Assembly: GCA_963761335.1 (NCBI GenBank) | Contig: CAVXGR010000015.1 | Location: 256,001-320,000 of the forward strand | Direction: 5' to 3' | Length of the DNA stretch: 64,000 nucleotides | Source of the DNA: an uncultured delta proteobacterium | GTDB taxonomy: Bacteria; Desulfobacterota; Binatia; HRBIN30; BPIQ01 | Position numbers and translations under genes: made by a program | The notes under the pieces: generated by a model | What the model was told of the DNA's origin: nothing | The model's database searches: none | Seen by the model: only the letters and a program-made list of their open reading frames with translations | In this document: positions 1 through 8,778 of the stretch, in pieces | Layout: each line of letters starts with the position of its first letter | Numbering within the stretch: the stretch's first letter is position 1

Positions 1-39
1 CTCAGCAAGCGCCTTTACATCGCCATCGGCGTCGATTAC

Positions 40-366
40 ATGAGGTGGGTGGCCGAAAAGAATCAGACGAAGCGCGCCGAGCGCGAGCGCCAGCTGCTCG
101 AGGAGCTCAAGGAGGCTGCGGCTCGCCTGGGCATCCGCGTGCGCGAGGAGCGCCTGCTGCGCGAGGTCGGCTACCGGGTGCGCAGCGGCGCCTGCCGGGT
201 GCGCGACACCGACATGGTCCTGCTCGATCGCGGCGTACCGCTGAGCGTGCAGATCGACATTCTCGCCGACGTGCTCGCCGCCCGCTCGGTGGAGGAGGTC
301 TACCTCTCGCCGGCGGCGCGGCAACTGATCGACGGGCGCGGAGGCCCGTCTGGCGCGGTCCAGTAA
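40..366 (+). CDS. Hypothetical protein upstream of fur (in-frame GTG at 49 is an alternative start)
   Basis: 108-aa ORF with high-GC3 codon usage and natural composition; its 3' end overlaps the proposed fur start. Confidence 0.7.
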   Translation: MRWVAEKNQTKRAERERQLLEELKEAAARLGIRVREERLLREVGYRVRSGACRVRDTDMVLLDRGVPLSVQIDILADVLAARSVEEVYLSPAARQLIDGRGGPSGAVQ

Positions 367-826
367 AGGTGGCATCGACCGCTTTGCGGTCTTTCGGGAT
401 CGGCTGAAGAAGCAGGGCTTCAAGTCGACTTCCCAGCGCGACGACATCGCCCGCGTGTTCTTCGAGGCCAATCGCCACATCAGCATCGAAGAGCTCTTCC
501 GCGAGGTGAAGCGCGTCAATCCGCGCATCGGCTATGCCACCGTCTACCGCACCATGAAGCTGCTGCGCGAGAGCGGCCTGGCCTCGGAGTCGCACTTCCA
601 CGACGGCGAGGCGCGCTACGAGAGCACCCTCGGCGCCCCGCATCACGATCACCTCATCTGCGAGGCCTGCGGCCACATCGAGGAGTTCGAGGAAAGTCGA
701 ATCGAGGCCCTGCAGGCGGAGGTCGCGCGGCGGCTCGGGTTTCGCATCACCGGGCACAAGATGGAGCTCTACGGCCTCTGCCGCGCCTGCCAGAAGGGAC
801 AGCGCCGCCCCCCCGCCCGCGGCTGA
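350..826 (+). CDS. fur: Fur-family ferric uptake regulator (probable CTG start at 350)
   Basis: Motifs KSTSQRDDI (N-terminal helix), ATVYRTMKLL, HHDHLICEACG and C-terminal CRAC. The frame is open from 329 with no ATG/GTG/TTG before 455; GGAGG at 340-344 precedes CTG at 350. Confidence 0.9.
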   Translation: MARSSKGGIDRFAVFRDRLKKQGFKSTSQRDDIARVFFEANRHISIEELFREVKRVNPRIGYATVYRTMKLLRESGLASESHFHDGEARYESTLGAPHHDHLICEACGHIEEFEESRIEALQAEVARRLGFRITGHKMELYGLCRACQKGQRRPPARG

Positions 827-834
827 GCCGACTT

Positions 835-858
835 CTTTGCGTCTTCGCGCCTTTGCGT
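835..858. repeat. Three 8-bp degenerate units CTTTGCGT/CTTCGCGC/CTTTGCGT
   Basis: Read directly, just after the fur stop codon. Confidence 0.6.
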
Positions 859-895
859 TTCTGGTCGTTGACTTGTCGGCTCGCGGTGAGCTAAA

Positions 896-910
896 TGAAA
901 TTGAATCTCA
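896..910 (+). promoter_or_regulatory. Fur box (7-1-7) upstream of the iron permease
   Basis: TGAAATT-G-AATCTCA near-palindrome in an AT-rich patch; TTGACT -35-like hexamer at 868-873. Confidence 0.75.
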
Positions 911-955
911 AAATCGCCCGAACAGAGACTCGACGACTTTCCGGGATCCCCGCCC

Positions 956-3403
956 ATGCGCTCTGCAATGCTCCTCCCCCGCCTCGCTCTCGCCGTGGCG
1001 CTGCTCGAGCTGGCTTTTGCCGGACCGATAAGGGCCGCCAGTCCGCCCGGTGTCGACGCCGAGGGCGTGCGGCGGGTGCTGACCCTGCTCGATGTGGTCG
1101 CCGAGGAGTACCGCGAGGGGATCGTCGCCGGACAGGTGGCGCGCCCGCTGGAGTACGAGGAGGCGAAGCTCTTTCTCGCCGACGCCCGCGACCGCGCCGG
1201 CCGGGCCGTCGGCGCAAGCGCCCCCCAGGATCTCGGCCCCCAGTTCGCTGCCCTGGCGCGCCTGGTCGAGGACAAGGCGCCTCTGGATGCGGTCCGCCAG
1301 GCCGGCGCGCGGCTGGCGCAACAGATCACCGAGGCCACCGGCGTTTCGGTGGAGGTCTATCCCCCCGAGCCGCCCTCGGCCGCCCGCGGCCAGGCGCTGT
1401 TCAGCGAGAACTGCGCGCCCTGTCACGGCGAGCACGCCAACGGCAAGGGGCCAGACGCCGCCGACCTGCAGCCGCCGCCGGCCAACTTCACCGACCCGAC
1501 CTTCATGCGCGCCGAGACGCCGTATGACTTCTTTCAGATCCTCAGCGTCGGCAAGGCGGGCACTGCCATGCCGGCCTGGGGAGATGTGTTCTCCCCCCAG
1601 GAGCGCTGGGACCTGGTGAGCTATCTGTGGTCGGTGCGCAGCGGCGCCGCGGATCTCGCCGAAGGGCAGGGGACCTATCTGTCCCGCTGCGCCAGCTGTC
1701 ACGGTGCCGCCGGGGACGCCAACGGCATTTTCAGCGCTGCCCTGTTGCGGCCGGCGCCCGACCTGAGTCAGACGGCATCCCTGGCGCGCACCAGCGACAC
1801 CGACCTCTTCGCCGTCGTCTCCCACGGTGTCGCCGGCACGCCCATGCCGGCGTTCGAGCGCACCCTGGACGAGACGCAGCGGTGGAAGGCGGTGGCGTAC
1901 CTGCGCTCCCTGTCGCTGGGCGGTGCGGCGACCTCTGCGGTGGCCACGCCCGGCGGCGGCGAGCCCCGGCGACTGGCCGGGCTGCTGCGCCTTCTTGGCG
2001 ACGAGTACGCCAAGGCGGTTCCCGACGCCGGCGCCGTCGACGACCTCGAGTACCGCGAGACCTCGATCCTCCTCGAGCAGGTGCAGCGCCGCGCCCCCGC
2101 GGTCATCGACACTCTGCGGGCCCAGTCTGCGGACCAGGCCGCCGAGCTGCAGCGGCGCGTCGAGCAGATCGCCGCAGCCGTGCACCGGCGATCCGCTCCT
2201 GCCGCGGTGCAGTCCGAGGTGGCGGCGTCGACGGCGATCCTGCAGGCACACGTCACCCCCGCCGAGACCGAGCCGGCCACCGCTGAAGGCGATGCGCTCG
2301 CCGGTACCCGCCGCCTGCTCGACGACGCCCTTGCCGCTTATCGCCGTAGCGATGCGCGGGCCCGCGATCTGGTCGCCGATGCGTATTTCAAGTTCGAGCC
2401 CCTGGAAAAGAGGGTGTCGCTCAGCGCCCCCGATCTCACCCGGCGGGTGGAGAGTCTCTTCCTCGACCTGCGCGGCGCCGTGGCGCAGCCCGGCAACGGC
2501 GAGCACGCCGCTTCTCTGGTCGGCCAGATCGGCGCCGGGCTGGACGAGGTCGGTGCGGCTCTCGAGCCGACCGCCGAGCCCTGGGCGCTGTTCGCGCAGT
2601 CGGCGACCATCATCCTGCGCGAGGGCTTCGAAATGGTCCTCATCGTCGGCGCGCTGATCGCCTTCGTCACCAAGTCGGGCCAGCAGGGGATGCGCCGCTC
2701 GATTCTCTGGGGCACGGCCGTCGGCGTGGTCCTGAGCCTGCTCACCGCCTGGGTGCTGACCGAGCTGCTGCGCGGCGCCAGCGGCGCGGCGGCAGAGGCC
2801 ATCGGCGGCGTGAGCATGCTCACCGCTTCCCTGGTGCTGTTCTCGGTCAGCTACTGGCTCATCTCCAAAGCCGAGGCCGACAAGTGGCAGCGCTACATCC
2901 AGGGGAAGGTGAAGACGGCGCTGACCGCGGGCAGCAGCCTGGCTCTGGCCGGCACCGCCGCCCTGGCGGTCTACCGCGAGGGCGTGGAAACGGTGCTGTT
3001 CTACAACGCCCTGCTCGGCACCGCCGCCGGCCACGCCGGTGCCGTGGCCGGCGGCTTCGGGGTCGGCTGCCTCCTCCTCGCCGTCCTCTACGCCATCTTC
3101 TGGCGCTTCGGCATGCGTATCCCGATTCGCCAGTTCTTCCTCGCCACCAGCGTTCTCCTCTACTACCTGGCGGTCGTCTTTGCCGGCAAGGGAGTCGCCG
3201 AGCTGCAGGAGGCCGGCTGGGTTCCCCTGACCCTGATCGGCGGAGCGCCGCACATCGACTTCATCGGCCTCTACCCGACGCTGGAGACGCTGCTGGCGCA
3301 GGGGGTGCTGCTGGCGCTGCTTCTCTTGGCGATCGGCGTCACCATGCGCCGCCGCACCGCGACGCCCGCATCCGGGGAGACGCAGCTGAAGGCGGCCTCG
3401 TGA
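956..3403 (+). CDS. Di-haem cytochrome c / FTR1 (EfeU/PbrT-like) iron permease fusion
   Basis: Signal peptide; two CxxCH motifs (CAPCH, CASCH), each followed by GTxMP; C-terminal multi-TM domain with REGFE and REGVE motifs. Confidence 0.9.
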   Translation: MRSAMLLPRLALAVALLELAFAGPIRAASPPGVDAEGVRRVLTLLDVVAEEYREGIVAGQVARPLEYEEAKLFLADARDRAGRAVGASAPQDLGPQFAALARLVEDKAPLDAVRQAGARLAQQITEATGVSVEVYPPEPPSAARGQALFSENCAPCHGEHANGKGPDAADLQPPPANFTDPTFMRAETPYDFFQILSVGKAGTAMPAWGDVFSPQERWDLVSYLWSVRSGAADLAEGQGTYLSRCASCHGAAGDANGIFSAALLRPAPDLSQTASLARTSDTDLFAVVSHGVAGTPMPAFERTLDETQRWKAVAYLRSLSLGGAATSAVATPGGGEPRRLAGLLRLLGDEYAKAVPDAGAVDDLEYRETSILLEQVQRRAPAVIDTLRAQSADQAAELQRRVEQIAAAVHRRSAPAAVQSEVAASTAILQAHVTPAETEPATAEGDALAGTRRLLDDALAAYRRSDARARDLVADAYFKFEPLEKRVSLSAPDLTRRVESLFLDLRGAVAQPGNGEHAASLVGQIGAGLDEVGAALEPTAEPWALFAQSATIILREGFEMVLIVGALIAFVTKSGQQGMRRSILWGTAVGVVLSLLTAWVLTELLRGASGAAAEAIGGVSMLTASLVLFSVSYWLISKAEADKWQRYIQGKVKTALTAGSSLALAGTAALAVYREGVETVLFYNALLGTAAGHAGAVAGGFGVGCLLLAVLYAIFWRFGMRIPIRQFFLATSVLLYYLAVVFAGKGVAELQEAGWVPLTLIGGAPHIDFIGLYPTLETLLAQGVLLALLLLAIGVTMRRRTATPASGETQLKAAS

Positions 3404-3423
3404 AAAAGAGGCGCAAAGCCACT

Positions 3424-3438
3424 TGATAATGACTTTCA
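3424..3438 (+). promoter_or_regulatory. Fur box upstream of bfd-bfr
   Basis: TGATAAT-G-ACTTTCA; the left half-site matches the 7-1-7 consensus exactly. Confidence 0.8.
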
Positions 3439-3485
3439 AAATCGGATAAGAGTGAATCCGTTCGCGAGAGGGACGCCGAGAGACC

Positions 3486-3713
3486 ATGATCATCTGCCAG
3501 TGCACCGGGGTTACGGACCGCCAGATCGCCCGCATGATCGAGGAGGGAGCCACCACCGTCGGCGACATCGCGCGCCGCTGCGGAGCCGGACGCTGCTGCG
3601 CCCCGTGTCGCGTCGAGATCGCCGAGATGATTGCCGAGGCCAGCCCCCGCGCCCAGTCCTGCGGGCTGCCCACCGTCTCCGCGGCGCCGGCGCCGATCCC
3701 GGCGGCCCCCTGA
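3486..3713 (+). CDS. bfd: Bacterioferritin-associated [2Fe-2S] ferredoxin
   Basis: MIICQCTGVTDRQI...GRCCAPC pattern; lies immediately upstream of bfr. Confidence 0.88.
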   Translation: MIICQCTGVTDRQIARMIEEGATTVGDIARRCGAGRCCAPCRVEIAEMIAEASPRAQSCGLPTVSAAPAPIPAAP

Positions 3714-3785
3714 GCCGCGCCGCCGCCCGCCGTCGTCTTCCCCCGCCGCCGGCCCTCTGTTACGAAGACACCAGGGAGTGATGAC

Positions 3786-4259
3786 ATGAAGGGCGACGAT
3801 CGCATCATCGAGGCGCTGAACGACATCCTCACCGGCGAGCTCACCGGCATCAATCAGTACTTCATCCACTCGCGCATGTGCCGCAACTGGGGCTATCGCC
3901 GTCTCGCCGAGGCCAACTACAAGGAGGCGGTCGGCGAGATGAAGCACGCCGACGAGCTCATCGAGCGCATTCTCTACCTCGACGGCGTTCCCAACATGCA
4001 GCGCCTCGGGAAGATCAAGGTGGGCGAGACCGTGGCCGAGCAACTGAAGCTCGATCTCGGCTTGGAGAGAGATGCCATCGCTCGCCTGAACAAGTCCATC
4101 GCCCTCGCCGTCGAGATCGGCGACAACGGCTCGCGCGAGCTGATGGAGGAGCTGCTGGTCTCCGAGGAGGAGCACGCCGACTGGCTCGAGGCGCAGCTCG
4201 AGCTGATCCGACAGGTGGGCGAGCAGAACTATCTCGCCCAGCAGATCCACGAGCCTTGA
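3786..4259 (+). CDS. bfr: Bacterioferritin
   Basis: [17 protein letters not shown] (haem-ligand Met), [29 protein letters not shown]. Confidence 0.97.
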   Translation: MKGDDRIIEALNDILTGELTGINQYFIHSRMCRNWGYRRLAEANYKEAVGEMKHADELIERILYLDGVPNMQRLGKIKVGETVAEQLKLDLGLERDAIARLNKSIALAVEIGDNGSRELMEELLVSEEEHADWLEAQLELIRQVGEQNYLAQQIHEP

Positions 4260-4282
4260 GCGCGGATCGGCGCGCCTCCCCC

Positions 4283-5374
4283 ATGTCGCCGTGGGCACAG
4301 CGCGGCTGCGGCCGAACGAGCCTTCGGGCATGCTGTCTTCTGGTGCTGTTGGTTGCCGCCGGCCGGCCGCGGCCGACGTTCGCGGCTGAGCCCAGCCCCG
4401 AGCCGAGCATGGTCGAAACCGTAGACTACCACGGCTGGAAGAACACCTATCGGCTCAGCAACGGCCTCGTGCAGCTCTATGCGGTCGCCGACATCGGCCC
4501 TCGCATCGCCGACTTCCGGACTTCGGAAGGCGACAATGCCTTCTACCTGCGGCCGAACGAGCTCGGCCGCGCCGGGGAGAAGGATTGGGTCTTCCGCGGC
4601 GGCTGGCGGCTGTGGGTTTCGCCGGAGGTGCGCGACATCACCTATGTGCCCGACAACCAGCCCTGCACCGCCGAGGTCGACGGCGACACCTTGCGCCTGA
4701 CCGGCGTCCCCGAGAAGGCCTCGGGCGTACGCAAGTCGGTGGAGATTCGCCTGGTTCCGGGCGAGCCGCGCGCCCGCATCGTCTCCCGCCTCCGCAACGT
4801 CGGCTCCAAGCCGGTGCGCTATGCCGCCTGGAGCCTCTCGGTGATGCAGCCGGGCGGTCGGGCGCTGCTGCCGATCGATCCGGGAGACCGGAGCGCCTTC
4901 GCCGACATCCGCACGCTGGTGCTGTGGAGCTACGCGAGGTGGAGCGATCCGCGCTACGCCTTCGGCGATCGCCTTCTCCAGGTCGATCAGTCTCGGGTGC
5001 CGCCGACGGCGCAGTCGCCGGCGGCGGGGCGGCGGCCGGACGAGAGCAAGATCGGCAGCGACTCGTCGCTGGGCTGGTCGGCGTACCTGAACGGCGGCAC
5101 CTTGTACGTGAAGCGCTTCCCCATCCGCAAAGGAGCCGACTACCCCGACGGCGGCAGCACCGTGGAGGTGTACTCGAGCGGCGAGTTCCTCGAGCTCGAG
5201 AACCTCAGCCCGTTGATCACGCTGCAGCCCGGCGAGGAGCTGGTCTATCCTGAGGAGTGGGCCCTGTTCTCGGATGTCTCCATTCCCACCGACCCCGAGA
5301 AGGCCCGGGCGGCGCTGGCGCCGTACGTCGGCGGTGCGCCGCTGTCGGTTTCCACGCCCGGGCGTTCGCCTTGA
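4283..5374 (+). CDS. Secreted hypothetical protein, galactose-mutarotase-like / DUF4380-like
   Basis: Hydrophobic N-terminus; motifs GPRIADF, GGWRLWVSPE, YPDGGSTVEVY, ELENLSPL. Start chosen after the bfr stop. Confidence 0.65.
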   Translation: MSPWAQRGCGRTSLRACCLLVLLVAAGRPRPTFAAEPSPEPSMVETVDYHGWKNTYRLSNGLVQLYAVADIGPRIADFRTSEGDNAFYLRPNELGRAGEKDWVFRGGWRLWVSPEVRDITYVPDNQPCTAEVDGDTLRLTGVPEKASGVRKSVEIRLVPGEPRARIVSRLRNVGSKPVRYAAWSLSVMQPGGRALLPIDPGDRSAFADIRTLVLWSYARWSDPRYAFGDRLLQVDQSRVPPTAQSPAAGRRPDESKIGSDSSLGWSAYLNGGTLYVKRFPIRKGADYPDGGSTVEVYSSGEFLELENLSPLITLQPGEELVYPEEWALFSDVSIPTDPEKARAALAPYVGGAPLSVSTPGRSP

Positions 5375-5451
5375 CGCGGCCTCAGAAGAACGTCAGCTCG
5401 CTCGACGGATCGCCGTAGACACGGCGCACTCCGCAACGGATACTGAGCGCC

Positions 5452-6147
5452 ATGAAGCCATCCGTGGTCGCGACTGCTCTCTGCCTTTCTGCCCTCACCG
5501 CTCTCCTCGCGGCCGGGCCGGTCCCGGCGGCGACGCCTGAAATTCAGACGCGGGAGTCCCAGGCGGCGATGACACCGGCGGCGGCGCTCGAACGGTTGAA
5601 GGAAGGCAACCTCCGCTTCGCCTCGAACGCCGCGAGGCGGCGCAACTGGTCGGCGAAGGTGTTGGCCACGTCGTCAGGGCAGTTCCCGTTCGCGGCGGTC
5701 CTCGGGTGCATGGACTCCCGCGTTCCCGCCGAGATCGTCTTCGACCAGGGGATCGGCGACCTGTTCGCTGTGCGGGTGGCGGGAAACGTCGTGGACGGCG
5801 ACGTGCTCGGCAGTCTCGAATACGCGGTCAAGGTGGGCGCCAAGCTCATCGTCGTGCTCGGACACAACGATTGCGGCGCCGTCAAAGGCGCGATGGACGG
5901 CGTCGAGCTGGGCAGCCTCACCGGCGTTCTGGCGAAGATCCATCCCGCCGTCGCCGCCGCGGGCTGCAGCGATGCAAAGGATGCCGCCTGTGTCGCCGCG
6001 GTCGGCGAGAAGAACGTCCTCCAGTCGATGAAGGAGATTCGCGAGAGAAGCCCGTTTCTGAAAAAGTACCTCGACGAGGGAAAGGTGGCGCTGGTGGGGG
6101 GAATCTACGACGTGGCGACGGGCAAGGTGACGTTCCTCGGAGACTGA
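5452..6147 (+). CDS. Beta-class carbonic anhydrase with N-terminal signal peptide
   Basis: CMDSR, RVAGN, GSLEYA and HNDCGA zinc motifs. Confidence 0.93.
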   Translation: MKPSVVATALCLSALTALLAAGPVPAATPEIQTRESQAAMTPAAALERLKEGNLRFASNAARRRNWSAKVLATSSGQFPFAAVLGCMDSRVPAEIVFDQGIGDLFAVRVAGNVVDGDVLGSLEYAVKVGAKLIVVLGHNDCGAVKGAMDGVELGSLTGVLAKIHPAVAAAGCSDAKDAACVAAVGEKNVLQSMKEIRERSPFLKKYLDEGKVALVGGIYDVATGKVTFLGD

Positions 6148-6220
6148 GCGTCTCTCCGGCGCCACGGGCGCCGATCAGCGGCCGTCGCGTTTTCCGCGCC
6201 ACGGGGATAGAGCCGAGAGC

Positions 6221-6847
6221 GTGGATGAGCGGAGAGTCCTGCTGGTGCTGGCGGGGTGGGTGCATCCGCCTTATCGGGGGCGGCTCTGGTTGAAGCGCGC
6301 CTTGGCGGCCGAGCCGGGGTACTCGTTCGACGAGGTGACCTCGCTGTCAGAGGCGGCGCGGCGGCCACTGGCGAGCTACGCCGCCCTGGTGCTCTACTAC
6401 CATCACCGCGACGCGGTTCTCGCCGCGCACGAGCTGGGCGCCTTGCGCTCCTTCGTCGACGATGGCGGCGGAATCCTGGCGCTGCACTCGGCCACGGCGT
6501 CCTACAAGCCGACAGCGGCCTACTTCGAGATCCTCGGCGGGCGCTTCATCGGCCACGGTCCGATCGGATCCATCGCCATCGAGCCGGCCGATGCGGCGGA
6601 CACTCTCTTCGGCGGCATCCCTCCTTTCACGGTGCTCGACGAGCTCTACCGGCATCAGCTGCAGGGCGACATCCGCGTCCGCTTTCACGGCGCGCAAGAC
6701 GGCGAGCGCCTGCCCGTGGTCTGGACGAGAGAGCAGAAAGGCGGGCGGGTCTGCTATCTCTCCCCCGGCCACCGGGCTGCGTCGATCAGGCACCCGGCGG
6801 TGCAGGAGATCGCCCGCCGCGGTCTCCGCTGGGTGAGCCGGCGCTGA
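6221..6847 (+). CDS. ThuA-like (class I glutamine amidotransferase-like fold) protein
   Basis: FVDDGGGILALHSA, GGRFIGH, DELY, GRVCYLSPGH motifs. Confidence 0.8.
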   Translation: MDERRVLLVLAGWVHPPYRGRLWLKRALAAEPGYSFDEVTSLSEAARRPLASYAALVLYYHHRDAVLAAHELGALRSFVDDGGGILALHSATASYKPTAAYFEILGGRFIGHGPIGSIAIEPADAADTLFGGIPPFTVLDELYRHQLQGDIRVRFHGAQDGERLPVVWTREQKGGRVCYLSPGHRAASIRHPAVQEIARRGLRWVSRR

Positions 6848-6859
6848 CGCCTTCGGCGT

Positions 6860-6929
6860 TGGGAGCGCGGCCATCCCGGCCGCCTCTGCTTTTCGACAGC
6901 TGTTTCCGGCCGGGACGGCTGCGCTCCCA
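6860..6929. repeat. REP-like inverted doublet, family A (TGGGAGCGCGGCCATCCCGGCCG ... CGGCCGGGACGGCTGCGCTCCCA)
   Basis: Near-perfect inverted arms; related copy at 19517-19574. Confidence 0.8.
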
Positions 6930-6957
6930 GGCTGTTTTCCACGCCGCGGCAATCGCC

Positions 6958-6986
6958 TTGACTCGCCCGGAGGTGCGCGATATACG
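6958..6986 (+). promoter_or_regulatory. Candidate sigma70 promoter for argS
   Basis: TTGACT-17 bp-TATACG upstream of the argS RBS AGGAGG. Confidence 0.55.
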
Positions 6987-7056
6987 CGCCTCAACTGGCC
7001 AATTCCAATGACATTTTTGTTGCAGCAGCCCTGGTTTCCGCGCTGGCGAGAGGAGG

Positions 7057-8772
7057 ATGAAAAAACGTCTTGAGGGGCTGCTTCAGCACGCGATATTAGA
7101 GGCATCGAAGGGGGGAGCGCTGAAGACAAGCAGCCTCCCCCCTTTGATTCTGGAGGTTCCCAAGGACAGGGCCTTCGGGGACTTGGCGACGCCGGTCGCC
7201 ATGGCGCTCGCCCGTGCCGAACGCCGCCCGCCGCGCGCCATCGCCGAGACGCTGGTGGCTCATCTGCGCGATCCCGAGGGCATGGTGGCCGCCACCGAGA
7301 TCGCCGGCCCCGGCTACATCAACCTGCGCCTCTCCCCGCGCTTCTGGCAGAAGTGTCTCGCCGACCTCGAGGGCGAGGCGCTCACCGCCATCAGCACCTC
7401 GAACCGCCAGCGTGTCCTCGTCGAGTTCGTCAGCGGCAATCCCACCGGGCCGCTGCACGTCGGCCACGGCCGCGGTGCCGTTACCGGCGACGTGGTTGCC
7501 CGCCTGCTCACGGCGGCGGGGCACGAGGTGGAGCGCGAGTACTACATCAACGACGCCGGACGCCAGATCGACGTCCTCGGTCGCTCCGTGCTGGCGCGCC
7601 TGCGACAGGTCTGCGGCGATGCCGTGCCGCTGCCGGAAGACGGCTATCCCGGGGAGTATCTGCTCGAGCTGGCGCAGCGCGATCGCGATGCGCTGGTCGC
7701 CGCGGTTGCCGCCGCGGTCGGCGCCCCCGTGGCGCCGCGCACCGACGAGGAGCGGCGGGCGCTGCTGGCCTCCGACGTCGCGGTGGCCGGGCCGGTCTGC
7801 GCGACGCACGCCGCCGCGGCGCTCATGCAGATGATCAAGGACGACCTGGCGCTGTGCAACATTCACTTCGACAGCTACGTCAGCGAGCGCCAGCTGCGCG
7901 CCGAGGGCGCCATCGAGGTGGCGCTCGGCGATCTCGCCGATCGCGGCCTGCTCTACGAGAGCGAGGGAGCCCGCTGGTTCCGCTCGAAGCAGTTCGGCGA
8001 CGAGAAGGACAGGGTGGTGGTGCGCGGCAACGGCGAGCTGACCTACTTCGCCAGCGACGTCGGCTATCACCGCGACAAGCTGCGCCGCGGCTTCGATCGC
8101 CTGGTCAACGTCTGGGGCGCCGATCACCACGGCTACATCGCCCGCGTGCGCGCCGCCATCGAGGCGCTCGGGCACGATGCGGGAAGCTTTCAGGTACTGC
8201 TGGTGCAGATCGTCAACCTCACCCGCAGCGGCGTGCCGGTGCGCATGGGGAAGCGCTCGGGCGAGTTCGTCTCGCTGCGCGAGATCGTCGAGGAGGTGGG
8301 GCCGGACGCGGCGCGCTTCTTCTTTCTGATGCGCAAGTCCGACAGCCAGCTCGACTTCGATCTCGATCTGGCGAAGAAGCAGGGCGCCGACAACCCGGTG
8401 TTCTACGTGCAGTATGCGCACGCCCGCTGTTGCAGCCTCTTCCGCCAGGCGGAGGCGGCCGGCGTCACCATGCCCTCCGCGGAAGAGGTGGATGTCGGTC
8501 TGCTCGCCGCGGCCGAGGAGATCGAGCTGATCAAGCAGCTGGCGATGTTCACCGACGTCCTCGATGAAGCCACCGCCGCCCTCGAGCCGCACCGCGTCGT
8601 CTTCTTCCTCATCGAGCTCGCCGGTGCCTTCCACCGCTTTTACAACCGCCACCGGATTCTCGGCGAGGAGCTCGCCGTCAGTCGCGGCCGCCTCTATCTC
8701 GCCGGCACCGTGCGCCGCGTCGTGGCGCGCGGCCTGGGTCTCCTCGGCGTGCGCGCTCCGGAGACGATGTAG
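7057..8772 (+). CDS. argS: Arginine--tRNA ligase
   Basis: EFVSGNPTGPLHVGHGRG (HIGH), GADHHGY, RMGKRSG (KMSKS-like), NPVFYVQYAHAR, C-terminal APETM. Confidence 0.98.
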   Translation: MKKRLEGLLQHAILEASKGGALKTSSLPPLILEVPKDRAFGDLATPVAMALARAERRPPRAIAETLVAHLRDPEGMVAATEIAGPGYINLRLSPRFWQKCLADLEGEALTAISTSNRQRVLVEFVSGNPTGPLHVGHGRGAVTGDVVARLLTAAGHEVEREYYINDAGRQIDVLGRSVLARLRQVCGDAVPLPEDGYPGEYLLELAQRDRDALVAAVAAAVGAPVAPRTDEERRALLASDVAVAGPVCATHAAAALMQMIKDDLALCNIHFDSYVSERQLRAEGAIEVALGDLADRGLLYESEGARWFRSKQFGDEKDRVVVRGNGELTYFASDVGYHRDKLRRGFDRLVNVWGADHHGYIARVRAAIEALGHDAGSFQVLLVQIVNLTRSGVPVRMGKRSGEFVSLREIVEEVGPDAARFFFLMRKSDSQLDFDLDLAKKQGADNPVFYVQYAHARCCSLFRQAEAAGVTMPSAEEVDVGLLAAAEEIELIKQLAMFTDVLDEATAALEPHRVVFFLIELAGAFHRFYNRHRILGEELAVSRGRLYLAGTVRRVVARGLGLLGVRAPETM

Positions 8773-8778
8773 GGGGCG

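Noticed and set aside
455..826. GTG at 455 as the fur start
   Set aside because: It would delete the conserved N-terminal DNA-binding helix encoded in frame upstream.
908..3853. Long antisense or alternative-frame ORFs (e.g. 908-3853, 7096-10023, 15654-18770, 45952-49605, 54228-57167)
   Set aside because: Shadow ORFs expected in high-GC DNA; they overlap well-supported genes and lack recognisable motifs.
5452..6147. Functional link between the carbonic anhydrase and the sAC-like cyclase (bicarbonate sensing)
   Set aside because: About 47 kb apart with unrelated housekeeping genes between; no sequence evidence of coupling.
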